DNA of 64,000 nucleotides from positions 10,726,001 to 10,790,000 of the forward strand of contig NC_087261.1 in assembly GCF_037042905.1 (NCBI RefSeq), given 5' to 3'. A program made the position numbers and the translations under genes. This DNA comes from Lytechinus pictus (lineage: Eukaryota). The notes under the pieces were generated by a model, which worked only from the letters and a program-made list of their open reading frames with translations, made no database searches and was not told where the DNA came from. Of the stretch, positions 63,405 to 64,000 are shown piece by piece. Position 1 is the first letter of the stretch. Each line of letters opens with the position of its first letter.

Positions 63405-64000
63405 TCCTCTGTCTTATATCTAAACTTTACCCCGGTTAGGCATCTAACCACTTGTCTTTCGGTAGTTCTCCCATTATTACTGGAGAAAAAATATGACAAG
63501 AAGAATATGATAACCGCAATAATGGTAGGTACGACCATGGTACGACGATTCAGAATGTCCGGAGTATTAACTACAAAAATGGGGAACAAATATGACTCGG
63601 TCTGGGAGGGACGGCCCCCTGCTGGTTAATTAGCGTACTCTCAACGGAGAGAGATCCATTTCAATTTGTTAATTGCTTTTCAATAATTTACGGCGAGGAT
63701 TCAGCGATAGATACGCCTCCCATCCAGGGTTCACGCTGTCCTCTCACGTACGTTATGACTATAAACAAAAATCGGAATGAAATTTATCGTTGCGTTATTC
63801 ATAGGCTCATTTCGTAGAGTGCATTTGTCATCTTTCATTTTGCATCTTTGACATGTTTGAGTCACCGCAGTATCTACATAATTTGACAAGAACTATATGT
63901 TGTTATAAAAAAGAAACCCTCAATGTTGTTAACAATAATGCTCAATAAAGTAGCATTATCTGCGGGCGAGGGCAAATCCCCCCCCCCCCCTCCCTCACTG

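Overview
Eukaryotic, AT-rich, repeat-dense genomic DNA with five N-gaps. The repeat landscape (poly-G/poly-C-ended MITEs, TTAA-flanked AGG..CCT MITEs, tRNA-headed SINE, (TAC)n/(CTT)n microsatellites) suggests an echinoderm, probably a sea urchin; this is inference only. No prokaryotic operon, CRISPR array, rRNA or intact transposase is visible, and almost all ORFs in the track are spurious. The only credible coding signal is the 3' end of a + strand gene for a membrane protein: a 180-nt transmembrane-coding exon at 1410-1589 and two candidate phase-0 terminal exons at 3968 and 4031, the second ending in a CaaX-like CVMA. The remaining ~59 kb looks like a gene desert or very large intron. It holds many non-autonomous DNA transposons (hAT-like with 8-bp TSDs, Kolobok/T2-like with TTAA, Harbinger-like with CWG, TA-flanked palindromic MITEs) and a series of short CpG-rich islands that look like cis-regulatory modules. 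The most notable structures are a four-element, three-level transposon nest (27926-30204), a MITE copy rebuilt by apparent double template switching (24187-24761), a perfect hairpin plus poly(A) insert with an 11-bp TSD-like repeat (40321-40393), and the 11-mer GCACACGTGCA recurring in three separate islands. I found no convincing new gene-level biological system.
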